From Wallemia ichthyophaga EXF-994 (lineage: Eukaryota; Fungi; Basidiomycota): a DNA stretch of 32,000 nt. A program made the position numbers and the translations under genes. Shown piece after piece: positions 1-11,015 of this stretch. The stretch spans positions 120,001 through 152,000 of the forward strand of contig NW_008806289.1 of the NCBI RefSeq assembly GCF_000400465.1, read 5' to 3'. The number at the start of each line of letters is the position of its first letter. Positions within the stretch are counted from its first letter, which is position 1. Under the pieces are notes generated by a model that was not told the DNA's origin, did no database searches, and saw only the letters and a list, made by a program, of their open reading frames with translations.

Positions 1-632
1 TTCTTTTCGCTGGTGACAAGGATATCATCTGCAACTACCAGGGCATAAAGAACCTAATTGACAACCTCGAGTGGAACGAAGGAAAAGGATTCTCTGACGA
101 AAGTGAAACCGAGTTGTGGTCATTACACGGTGATCCAGTCGGTGAATGGCAATCTGAAAGAAACCTCACCTACGTGCGTGTATACAATGGATCGCATATG
201 GTTCCGATAGATGCGCCAGAAGCTATGCTTGATCTCGTTACCCGATACATGCAAGTGGATATCACGGCGGTGCAATCAGATGATCTTTACGACTTTGACA
301 GCGTCGTTGGAGAGTCGAATCAAGTGGGCGAGAGTGATTCCGATAGTTTCGCAAACTCGCACAAAAAGAGTGGTGCTTTGTTCCTGCTAGTCATTATCAT
401 CGCTGTCGCCGTCGCTGCTTTCGTATGGCTTAGACGGAGAAGAAGGCAGATGCTCGTGCATGACTATAGCCAACTGCGCGCTAATACGGCTCTCGCACAC
501 GAAGATAATGAGAATCGTCGCAAGTCTGACGAACGTGTCGAATCAGAGAGATTATTCGATGTCGGCAGCGACATTGATAGCGATCAAGATCAAGATCAAA
601 ATCAAGGTGAGACGAGTAAGCATAGAGAGTGA
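1..632 (+). CDS. KEX1: Kex1-type serine carboxypeptidase (peptidase S10), 3' part; 5' end outside window
   Basis: Frame is open from base 3 (LFAGDKDIICNY, catalytic Asp region) through VRVYNGSHMVP (catalytic His). A TM helix (ALFLLVIIIAVAVAAFVWL), RRRRR and an acidic tail follow, which is the Kex1 topology. Confidence 0.88.
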   Translation, partial: LFAGDKDIICNYQGIKNLIDNLEWNEGKGFSDESETELWSLHGDPVGEWQSERNLTYVRVYNGSHMVPIDAPEAMLDLVTRYMQVDITAVQSDDLYDFDSVVGESNQVGESDSDSFANSHKKSGALFLLVIIIAVAVAAFVWLRRRRRQMLVHDYSQLRANTALAHEDNENRRKSDERVESERLFDVGSDIDSDQDQDQNQGETSKHRE

Positions 633-698
633 TAGAAATTGTTTCTAGTGAACATAAAGAAATTTAAATATGGGAATATCTATGCATATTAAGATATA

Positions 699-3600
699 TT
701 ACACCTCGGACACTTGTTCCACATAACTGCTCGTTACATCCTCTGCATACACGAGTGCATCCTTGCTTGACTGTCCTTGTCCATCACCACTACCATTGTT
801 CTCTCCAGTTATCTGCATGATAAAGGCACTGCGCTCCAAAACCGCTGCTGAAGGTCTAGCAGCGTGGTCAGTTTCGAAAGTCTGTCTCAAGAAATCCTTA
901 GCGTCGTCGCTAATATCGTCTGGAATGGTAGGTGAAGCTGAACTACCGATTTTAAAAATAGCCTGCATTTGATTGAGTGTAGGGAAGGGGTGCTCCCCCG
1001 TAAGCATCTCGACTATGAGACAACCAAGTGACCATATATCAGCTTTGCGAGTATATGGTTCTTGCTTCACTACTTCAGGCGCCATCCAAAAGACAGATCC
1101 TTGTAAACTCTGTCTAACTTTTTTGTTAACTCCGAATAAATTATCCGTTACCTTTTTCTTGGAAATTCCAAAATCCGATATCTTTACTCCGCCCTTATTG
1201 TCGACGAGGATATTAGCTCCTTTTATATCACGATGTATGATGCCTTTCGTGTGAAGGTAGTTCAATCCTGTCAAGATTTGTTTGACAAAGTTGCGCACGA
1301 GCTCTTCTTCAAAAGCGCCGTAGTTCTGCAGGAGCGCTGCAACACTCCCGCCTGGTACGTACTCCAAGAAGATATTCAGACAGCTCTCATCGAGGGACGA
1401 GTCTGAGATGTCGAGTCAGTCTGAGGAAGAAGCACAGTATCTCCCAAAAAAAACCCACCTAAGTACTGCACGATATTGCTATGCTTGAGCACCTTCAACA
1501 GTTCGATTTCACGTTCGAGAGCATCGAGCATGGATTTCTTGCGCGGCTCGACATACACGCTGCCCTCACCATCGCCACTTCCATTTCCATTTCCAGCAGG
1601 AAGATCGACCTGCTTGACAGCCATGAGTAGACCGGTCGACTTATTCATACCGAGGAAGACACTACCGAACGATCCACTGCCGATGAGCGCACCTTTATGC
1701 CACTTGATGGGTTTTCGCTCTCCATGTCCACCGCTATCGTCTTCATCTTCGTCCGTAGTCACTAATGACTGGTCCTGCTCATTCTCATCTCCCTCCGCAC
1801 CCAGTCCGACGGATGGCCTGCGCAGGAAGTTATCCCCAATTGCCGATGGTGGCTCGAGCGGTGACGCTGGTCGTGAATCAGAGTATGATTGTGATTGTGA
1901 TTGTGATCGCGTGATTGACTGCGATTGCGATACGGCGTCCGTCTGCTCAGAGGCACCCGAGGCTAGTGAGCGCGATGAGGGCGCGGGCGAGACTTGCGAG
2001 TCCTTAGAGTAAGGCGAGCGAGGTGAGAGAGAAGCAGGGGAAGTGAGCGAGCGTCGTGAAACCGTCGGTTTTAGGTATTGTGAAGTAGGTGAGAGTGAAG
2101 TGGGCGAGGTAGGCGAACGCTGCGAGAACGCTGGTCTGAGGTATTGGGATGTCGGAGAAAGCTCGAAGTGCTCCGTGTTCATTGGGAGTGGTTGCTGGTG
2201 TGGTGATATCTGCGAAGAGGCCGGTGAAGCGACATGCTCACTTGCATCGCCATCCTCACCATCTTCGTGTATGCTGCCGTCGCGGTATTCGTCCTGCGAA
2301 ACTCGATTCTCCACCTCCTGGACGACCTGGTCCATAGTGAGGACAGACGACGTGTCGTCGTTCATGCTCGCATTGCGACTGCGCGACATTCGACTACCAA
2401 GTGTTGGCTGCAATGATCCCATGCTTCGGGTCTCAGACCAGTCAAGTGGCTCGACATTGACAGGCGGTAGCATCGGTGGTTCACCCGGCACAGGAGGAAT
2501 ATCATGCTTTGGCGGCTCCTTCTGCGGTATCTTGTACTTGCTGTCCATGTACTTGGACGGCGGTGCTGGCAGCTCTGGCATCGGTTCACTCTCCCATATA
2601 GGTTTAGTTGAGCTAACAGAGTTCCCGTCTCGTCTGTTTATTCGCGAGTTGCGTGCTGTTTTGTGTATCGATTTAATGTCCGCTGTAGGGAAGAAATCTG
2701 CCAAGTGAGTCGATATCAGCTCAGATGGTGGCCTCTGCCCATGGAAATTCTGTAGTCTACCACGTGGATTGGCTACTCTGTCAGCTTGATTTACGGACGG
2801 GAGCTGTGCTGCTGATTCGTATAGTTGTGGCTCATCGTGTTCTGGTACAGCACCAAGACCAGACATGACGCTCATCATACTTGCTCTGTTTGTTCTCCTT
2901 CTCATCCTGAGCGACTCTGATGATTGCTTATGCATTGACTGCTTGGATGACTTCTTCTGTGGTGTCTTATCGGTGAAGAAGGCTTCGAACTTTTTCTTGG
3001 ATTTGGATTTAGGTAGCTGCCAATTTTCAGTGCGCTGGATATACAGTCCACGCTCACGCTGCGGATCGTCCGGAGGGGATTGACATACAGCGATGATCTC
3101 ATTATCGCTGAGTGGGTATCCGTAAACTATTTTATAGTGTTAGCAAATGCGGAAATAAGCAAAGCGCGAGACTCACTCTGTCCGTCTACGCACCTAAACA
3201 CTCCCCAGCCTTGGTATACAAAGTACGTCCTGTCATTGTCTTCTATTGCACCACTCTGGTTTTTGGAGAGGTAATTAATTTTGCCAAACTTTTTCAACAC
3301 TCTTGCAAGAACATCGTCAGCTTTCTCGCACTCAGACACGTCGACAGTTCTCGTGAAACCGTCTGCAGCGGTGATGAACTTGACACATTTTCTCCGAACG
3401 TCTGTCAAGGACAACTTGGAGTTATTGTGAGACTGATAAGGACCAGCGCCTATTCTATAGCCGTTTTCGAACATCTCTTCACGAACAGACTCAGTGGGAG
3501 AGACCTGTGGCTTGGCATAAGGATGGAGAGCAGGATTAGCCGTGTTAGGACGAATACCATGTGCAGAGAACTGCTTCCTCGAGACGACATTGCTAGTGGA

Positions 3601-4224
3601 AGGACGCCTGAGGGAGCCAGAAGAGAGATTGAGTAGATTCTTGCGGGATGAGCTGGGTGGATTTGGAAGTGGAGCTGTGGTGTAGAGCTCCTTATTGGAA
3701 GGAACTCTATGTGGGTTTGAGTTACCACGCGGTCTCTTTAAGCCAGGTACACCGAGTGAGGCGAGTGTTGACTTTGTGCTCTTGTCCTTCTGAGGCTGGT
3801 ACGCAATATCGTTCTTGTGCTGCTGTTGAGCGTGGTCGAGGACAAGAGGCGGTGGCCTGGCCTGGGATGGACGAATAGGTGCAGGTTTGCGCTTGGACAT
3901 GGTCATGTTCAAACTCATACTCCTGCTTATGCTATCCTCGACACTGGATGATTTCTTATCATCGAGCTGAACCAACTCGTTGAGGCATCTGTAACGTAGG
4001 CTACTGATTGCTACCGATATACGCACTCTATCGGCAACGCTCGGAATTCCCATTTCCTTCAACGCGGACTGATCGACGTCGAGAATGTTTTCACCGCGTA
4101 TATCGTTTTCTCTGAATAGCTGTACGTATACAGAGCAATTGTAGTCGCTTAGAAAGGTAGAGACATCTTGATCGTCCCAATTTTTAATTTTATTTAGAAA
4201 CCCTTGCTCATCCTTCCCGGCCAT
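699..4224 (-). CDS. STE11: STE11-type MAP kinase kinase kinase (SAM, Ras-association-like and kinase domains), 3 exons
   Basis: N-terminal SAM ([10 protein letters not shown]...[22 protein letters not shown]) and kinase motifs [36 protein letters not shown]. Introns at 3127-3176 and 1403-1458 join the three ORFs in frame. Start assumed at MAGK (4224); upstream ATGs at 4263 and 4275 are possible. Confidence 0.93.
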
Positions 4225-4359
4225 CTTTCGAAGTGGCAGATCAAGACACGGCACGCGACACATAATACAACACATAACGCCTAAATTTTAAAAAAAGTTT
4301 AATGAAAAAACAAAGGCTTTACAAATGCTCGGGTAATCGTGTTCTACATTATTGAGAGT

Positions 4360-5750
4360 CTACTGTTGGGCGCATTGTACACCTGGACCTGCACCACCGC
4401 GCATATCATCCTCGTCATCTTCCTCCATCGAATCAGGACGGTGGTGTTGCTCAGCTTGTTGACCGGCAGAGAGTTGCTCGAATGCAACGTCGTCAACGTG
4501 CAATGAAGTACTCTCTGGTACATTTCTTGGTGGCAATGCCTTTTCGAGGTGTGGAACTAACTCTGGGCTGATAGTTTCTGGGAACTTAACCTTAATGTTT
4601 ACGAAGAGATCACCTAATTCGTGGAATCTTTGTGATGGCATACCTTCTTTAGGAATCTTACGAAGTGACTCTGGTGTGATAATTTCACCTGCTGGCCAAG
4701 AAACCTTTATTAAGCGTTCATCGAGATGTGGAATGGTGAATGAACCGCCGCCGAGTGCAGATAACAAGTCAATTTCCTTATCAGCGAATAAGTCATTACC
4801 CTTTCTCTTGAAAATGCTATGTGGCTTCTCTTCAACAACGATAACAACGTCACCAGGAAGGGTACCAGGTGCTTGATCAGCCTCACCGTTGAAGACGATT
4901 TGAGCGCCATTCTTCAAACCCTTATCAATGTGAACTTCAAGAGTTTTACGACCAGAAGTAATCTTTTTACCGTTGCAAGTTTTACAGCGATCCTTTGCAG
5001 GGATTTCTTCACCTTGGCCGTTACAGCTGTCACATTGCTGTTGGACTTGTTGCATCATAGGACCGAGTTGGCGGAGAGAGACCTTGATACCTCTACCGTG
5101 ACAAGAGGTACATTGCTTAACGGAGCCAGCTTTACCGCCTCTACCTTCACAGCCATTGCAAATTGAGTTCTTGTTCAAAGCAAGCTTTGTAGTCTTTCCT
5201 TTGTACATGTCCTCCAATGAGACATTCAGTCTGTGGACCAAATCTTTACCTTTCCGTGGGCCAGTAGGACGACGACCGCCACCGAAGCCACCGAATAATT
5301 GAGAGAAGAGGTCGCCTGGGTCCATGCCCATGCCTGCATCGCCTTGCAAACCTTCTTCACCGTATTGATCGTACATTTGTCTCTTGTCCTCGTCGGAGAG
5401 GACTTCGTAGCTGATAGGGGTGAGGATTTATAGGAAAACAAGGAAAAGACTAACGCGTGAGTGACTTCCTTGAACAAGTCAGGATCACCACCTTTGTCTG
5501 GGTGAAGACGAAGAGCTCTTTGGGAGTGTAAGGGATTTGTAAAAGTAGTTATATATCCACATACTTCTTACGATAAGACTGCATAACTGTATAAGCCATG
5601 TACGCCACTATAAACAGATTTTATGCTCACCTTCTTCAAATCAGCCTGCGAAGCCTCTGGCTGGCTATCTAATAGGTCGTAATATTTACTATTCTATCGT
5701 TAAATACGCTAATTTAACACTATTTCAGCTACCTACCGATCAGCGACCAT
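4360..5750 (-). CDS. YDJ1: Type I DnaJ/Hsp40 co-chaperone, 5 exons
   Basis: Spliced N-terminus MVADRKYYDLL...SYRKKALRLHPDKGGDP using introns 5689-5736, 5579-5630, 5518-5564 and 5411-5454. Four CxxCxGxG-type zinc repeats and a C-terminal CAQQ CaaX box. Confidence 0.95.
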
Positions 5751-6033
5751 AGTTTTTGAGCGAGCGAGAAGCTTAGAATTCTCGAAACGTCGACATATTT
5801 TGATAATGACATTTTAAATTTGGATTTGTTCTTATTAGAGGGATTTTGAGAGTGGCTGGATCTTATTTAATAGGACTGCTTAAATACCTCACCAGTCCCA
5901 GTACACTGCATATCGTCGCAGTATGTGTCATCTTAGACATGTTTGAATACAACAAGATGAATAAGATATTCTAAATCTGATCATCTTTCTGACTACATCT
6001 TTATAATTTCATTTCTAACTCTTCAAATCTCAT

Positions 6034-6094
6034 TTACTCATTTTACTCATTTTACTCATTTTACTCATTTTACTCATTTTACTCAGTTTACTCA
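6034..6094. repeat. Tandem 9-bp repeat with 7 copies of TTACTCA (unit TTTTACTCA)
   Basis: TTACTCA starts at 6034, 6043, 6052, 6061, 6070, 6079 and 6088. Confidence 0.95.
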
Positions 6095-6111
6095 GTTTAG
6101 GTAATAAGGCT

Positions 6112-6118
6112 TATAAAA
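6112..6118 (+). promoter_or_regulatory. Probable TATA box of the pirin gene
   Basis: TATAAAA ~85 nt upstream of the pirin ATG at 6201. Confidence 0.6.
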
Positions 6119-6200
6119 GCACCGAAATTGCAGCTATCCCGGCTATCATAGCTACAACGATCTAATCAACATTAAATTCACTCTCAAAACCATTGAAAGC

Positions 6201-7141
6201 ATGACACAATCACAAGTTTCAAGACAAATTGCAAAGTCATTTCAATCGGTTGCGTCGACTGATGGTGATGGCGCACGCGTATACAGATCCATTGGTACAC
6301 CACAGCTACGCAACTTTCATCCTTTTCTCATGATGGATCACTTCAAGGTTGGTAAAGGTGCTGGATTCCCCAATCACCCACACAGAGGTGAGTTTATGGT
6401 AAAATGATATGCGTATATAAATGAACAACAAAACCAGGGCAAGCAACCGTTACTCTCATGCTCAAAGGTACATTCAAACATGGTGACAATCAAGGCCACA
6501 GCGGCTATATACATGAAGGAGATGTACAATTCATGAAGGCTGCTTCTGGTTTGATTCACAGCGAAATGCCTGTACAAGATAAGCCAACCGACCCTATCCC
6601 AGAAGGTCTTCAACTCTGGATCGATCTTCCTGAGGCAGACAAGATGTCTGCGCCTGAATATCAAGAGTTGACAGATGGTCAGATTCCTCGCGCTTATCCA
6701 CACGGTCAGGATGGGAACGTGGTGGTTAAAATACTCAGCGGTGAATCGTACGGGGTTTCCTCACCAGTGAGACAATGTGCAGGATGCTGGTATTTCCAGG
6801 TAGATTTGAAAGAGAAGGGCGCAACGTACTTCCAAGCCATACCATCAAATTGGAACACATTCGCATACATAATTAGTGGTACAGCTAAGATGGGCAATGG
6901 AGAAAATTTGGCAGCTCACAGTACGATAACATTTACAAAGCAACAAGAGCAGAATGGGATAGAAATCGAAGCAAAAGAGAGTGGCACTAGCTTGGTTGTG
7001 GTTGCAGGTGAGCCATTGAATCAAAAAGTGATTCAATATGGGCCATTCGTCTTGTCCAAGGAGGAAGATATCTACAAGGCTTTCGAGGATTATCAATTGG
7101 GAAGGAATGGGTTTGAGAGAAGGAATTTGGTGGATGAGTGA
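6201..7141 (+). CDS. Pirin-family (bicupin, iron-binding) protein, 2 exons
   Basis: GDGARVYRSIG, PFLMMDHF, FPNHPHRG|QATVT (intron 6388-6437), GLIHSEMP metal ligands, GLQLWIDLP, QYGPFV. Confidence 0.93.
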
Positions 7142-7189
7142 AATGTATTGTCTTTATGTATTCTTGTCTTCTTGTTTATAACCATCATT

Positions 7190-8110
7190 ATGCCATCGTG
7201 AGTTGTAGCGTGTTAATAAAGGTTTAAAGTCTAAAACCTAAATTATAGACAATGTGGAGTACAAATACATCCAGCTGCGTTATTTTCTATACTTGACCAC
7301 TTCATGAGAAGGCCGATTCAACAGGATCGAGTAATCGGTGCTTTATTAGGCAGCAGGAGTGGTGAGCGTGATGTTGATATTAAATCTTCATTCGCTGTAC
7401 CACACTCGGAGAATGAAGAGCAAGCAACTGTCGATTCCGAGCACTTGCACTCGATGCTTGATTTGCACTTGAAAGTCAATCCAAGGGAAGTCGTCGTGGG
7501 TTGGTGAGTTGTGCTGTATCATTTATACCTGTCAAGGCACTCACAGTACACCAGGTACGCTACAGGTTCCTCCCTCAACTCGTACTCGGCTCTTATTCAG
7601 AACTTCTTCACCCAGCAATCCACTCAGCCATTCAACGCCATACACATCACCGTGGACACAAATAACCTCAACTTCTCTACTGGAGTCAACGCCTACATGG
7701 GCTCATCCCTCGGCCCGCTCCCTAAAATGGACAACTGCGTTTTCCAGCCTCTGCCAGTCAGTTTACTCGTCAGGGAGCACGAGAAGGCTTCCTTAGACGC
7801 TCTGACTAGCACTCCTTCCCAAACTAACCAAGATATTCCTGCCCTCGTCGCTGCCGTTGACAGATTATCCCAACAGATCGATCATGTTCTCGCCTACGTG
7901 AATAAAGTCGTTAGCGGTGAAATTCAAGGTGACGCCGTCGTTGGAAAGTCCCTCCTCTCTGCTGTTCAGGCTCTCTCTTCTAGATTCGATGAGGGTCATC
8001 TCAACTCTATCCTCGACGCTCACATACAGGACACAAAGGCCGTTTCGTACCTTGCTGATCTCATACGCACTCAGTCTGACTTGGCTTCGAGGCTGAGTTT
8101 GATTGTCTAG
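7190..8110 (+). CDS. Translation initiation factor eIF3 subunit F (MPN domain), 3 exons
   Basis: Spliced start MPS|QCGVQIHPAALFSILDHFMRR (intron 7198-7248), RVIGALLG, and VVVGW|YATG (intron 7504-7554). C-terminus ends ...YLADLIRTQSDLASRL. Confidence 0.88.
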
Positions 8111-8195
8111 TTTGGCTTCAACTGACTCACTCAAACGATCGACTTGTTTTCTTTGTTTGTATATCTGTTATTTACAATCTTCTCCTTTTACTCAA

Positions 8196-9772
8196 CTAAT
8201 TCGCTGGCTTGGGCTGCTCTCCACTTTGTACGCCGACCATTCCCCATAATTGCCCTTTAAGCGCATCCGTCTGACGCTTGGTGTCTTCTTCGATAATCTT
8301 GGTGAACTCCTCCTTGTTGTCACGCCAGTATTTCTGCTCTTCCTTGTAAATTGCTTGCGCTTCTCTCCTCTTCAAGTCGAGGTAACTCAATGGTGGCTGT
8401 CCCTTGCCTGAATCTGTAGAGAAGTTTACTGGTGATGTTGGTGGTCTCATTGAGCTGTTTCCACCACCGAATCCCCATCCTGACTTCTTTGGCTGTCCAC
8501 CCTGGTTCTTCCAGTTCTCAATCTGCTTTTCTCTCATCTTTTCCTCTACCTTTGCCCATTCTTGGGGAATGTTTGTGCCGTTGTACTTTTGCAGCACTGG
8601 ACGTACATCTGGGACATTGAACAGTGCAACGCCTGTGAAGGTGGTGGTGTTAGCAGGTGACTTCAATTTAACCACTCAGACTCACATTCAAGGAAAGGAA
8701 TATGCGCGATGAGGTCCTTGTTGCCTGGCTCGCCCTTCCATGGTTTCAAGATGAGTCCATTCTCAGGCTGTGCTGATACATTCTCTGGGTTTGTGTCGAG
8801 TACAACTACCTTGCTGAGGTCGCGATTCAGGTAGCTGAGATCCTATCGAATGAGTCAGTAAAGTCCAAAAAAGCCACAGCAAGTCACCCACTTTGACAGT
8901 CTTGCCGTTCTTGTATCTAGTCGACTCTCTAAAGAGCTTGTAAGGGACGTAAGCGCCGAATGGGTCGAGCTTCTCCATCACGCTTATCGCAGTGTAGTTT
9001 GGCTGAGTGGTGAAGAGGACGATTTCGTAGAATTGCGACAGGTAACCGAGGAAATACTCAGCACCTGGTCTCTTGGCGGTTCTCCAGCCGTGTTGGCGCT
9101 GTGAGGTTGTATGAGAGGTGAAAAATACGTGAAATGTGTTTCACTCACGTCCCACGACGAAGACACCAGCAGGCCCTCTAGATCGACCAGTAGAGTGTAA
9201 GGACGTTGGTGCGGTGGAGGCATCATCGGTGGCAGCAACTCAGACCAAGCTGGCTTATCGAACACATCAGTGTAACCTCGCAGACGATTGTAGAGGCGAC
9301 TCCACCAGCTATCAATGACGGCACTTTCGCCAGCCTTCTTGGTCCTCTCAATTGCCTCTTTGCGTTCACTGTCGTCCTCCCAATCGCGCGAAAGGTGTAT
9401 AGCACCAGCTACAGCACCGAGACCAGCGAGAGCGAGCATAATGCGTGATCTCATCTGTCTACGCTTCTCTATAGACGACATACTCCTCTTACCCTTGGCC
9501 TGTGCGCCAGTAGTCTCGCCGCCAATCCTGAAAGGCTCGTCTGTAGAGACGTTGAGATCTGGGACGAGCTTATCCAGCTGATTGGAAGCTATTGATGGTT
9601 GTGGGAGTGGCTTTTTGGCTGTTTCCTGCGCCTCGTTCTCGTTTGGCTTGTGTGCCTTGTGTGCACTGCCATCGTCACTCATTGGGCGCACGAATATCCC
9701 CGCGCGGCTAGCACAGCGTGCCGTTCTGCTCACATGCCCTAATATTCCCGCTCGCAGTATCGGTGGTGACAT
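8196..9772 (-). CDS. TIM50: Mitochondrial inner membrane translocase subunit Tim50, 4 exons
   Basis: Presequence-like start, a TM segment, then [29 protein letters not shown]|[12 protein letters not shown] and [13 protein letters not shown]. Introns at 9099-9147, 8843-8891 and 8633-8685. Confidence 0.93.
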
Positions 9773-9835
9773 GGTCGTTTTGCGCTGAGAAGTCCGTCTT
9801 CTCTCTCCACACAACAGCCGCAGATAACAAAATTT

Positions 9836-10967
9836 ATGTTTTTAGACGGACACAGCCAGCCTGTTATTGATTTGTGCGTGAGCCCGCATGATCAGCGGGG
9901 TATCACGCTCGCCACCGCTTCTGGTCGGTGGTGCACACACATCCAGACTCTTCCTGATCCACCCACACAGAGGACTGCACAGCGAGAATCTGGACAGGCA
10001 GCTTCGACGATGGCTTAAGATCCACTAAGGCTGTCGTCGGATTCGAGGATGCCGTTGTTGCGTTGGCTTGGGATACGAGAAATGCACACAAGCTGTATCT
10101 CTCCAACGGTGGCAGTGTGGGTGGTGTTTACTGTATAAATGCGTTAACTAATGGATACAGCTGTTTTTGTTCTCTTTGGACACACCTAAACCGCTGATTC
10201 ACGCTTCTAATGCACTTGAGACATGGAAAGTATCAGAAGTTGAGATAAACAGCGTGTGTCTTGCTTTCAGGGTTTATATTGCTAGGCTAACCCCCAAATG
10301 CAGATACGTATTGATAGAAAGTCACTTGAATTGGCCTGGTGCGACGACAGCGGTGCAGTAGGCATCCTCAACCTGTCCACTGGGAAGAGCAGGCTGTTTA
10401 GAATGAAGCATGCCAACATCGCCAGCAAGGTGCTGTACAAGTCAGCCAAAGACGGCGAACGTATGTTCCTCCCTTCACTTCAAGACACCCAACTTACGTG
10501 AAAAATTGCCAGTACTCTCAGCGTCGTACGATGGCAGTGCGTTGATATGGGATGCACGCAAGGGTACCATAAGTGACACGCTAGATCTGAGTGCCCGTCA
10601 AAGCGCACAAGCTACCACACCATCATTCGTACTCTCCCTCGCGTCGTCGGAGGATGGAAAAAGACTGGCGACGGGTGCAGGGAATGGGTCAGTGTGGATG
10701 TCTTCGACGCGTCTATCGAATGCCAGAGAAGTTGTTGCTCACACAGGACCCGTCGTTGGGCTTGCCTTCGCTGACTCTCGCCTGTTAAGCTGTTCCCTGC
10801 ACCAGCTGTGCGTGTGGAAGGAGAATTTGGAGGAGGTGGCCACTACTGTGGATATAAAAGACTTGGAAAAGGCAAATTGCATTGCTGCAACCCGTACACA
10901 CGTCTTTATTGGTGGATTCACGCAAAGTGGGAGTGGAAGAGTTTTAGTGATGCCTTTGGAATTTTAA
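9836..10967 (+). CDS. WD40-repeat protein (WDR53-like), 5 exons
   Basis: Introns 9924-9970, 10117-10160, 10254-10303 and 10461-10512 give one reading frame with repeats such as GH...LATASEDCTARIW, LSASYDGSALIWD and AHTGPVVGLAF. The subfamily call is tentative. Confidence 0.8.
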
Positions 10968-11015
10968 AAGGGATTTACATATATTTACTTGGTACAAATT
11001 CGTCCATGAGCCATA

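Noticed and set aside
1885-1930. (GATTGT)n-like microsatellite
   Set aside because: It simply encodes the SQSQSQ tract in the Ste11 linker.
1476-2708. Long plus-strand ORFs antisense to STE11 (and similar shadows over YDJ1, TIM50, the TPR-DnaJ gene, PCM1 and PhoD)
   Set aside because: These are shadow frames of real CDSs with low-complexity translations and no independent motifs.
5767-5793. Heat-shock-element-like TTCtcGAAacGTC near YDJ1
   Set aside because: Only two perfect nGAAn units, within ~40 nt of the ATG and probably in the 5' UTR; too weak to call.
6034-6094. Repeat arrays as CRISPR or telomeric sequence
   Set aside because: No spacers, eukaryotic context, interior position, and the unit is not TTAGGG-like.
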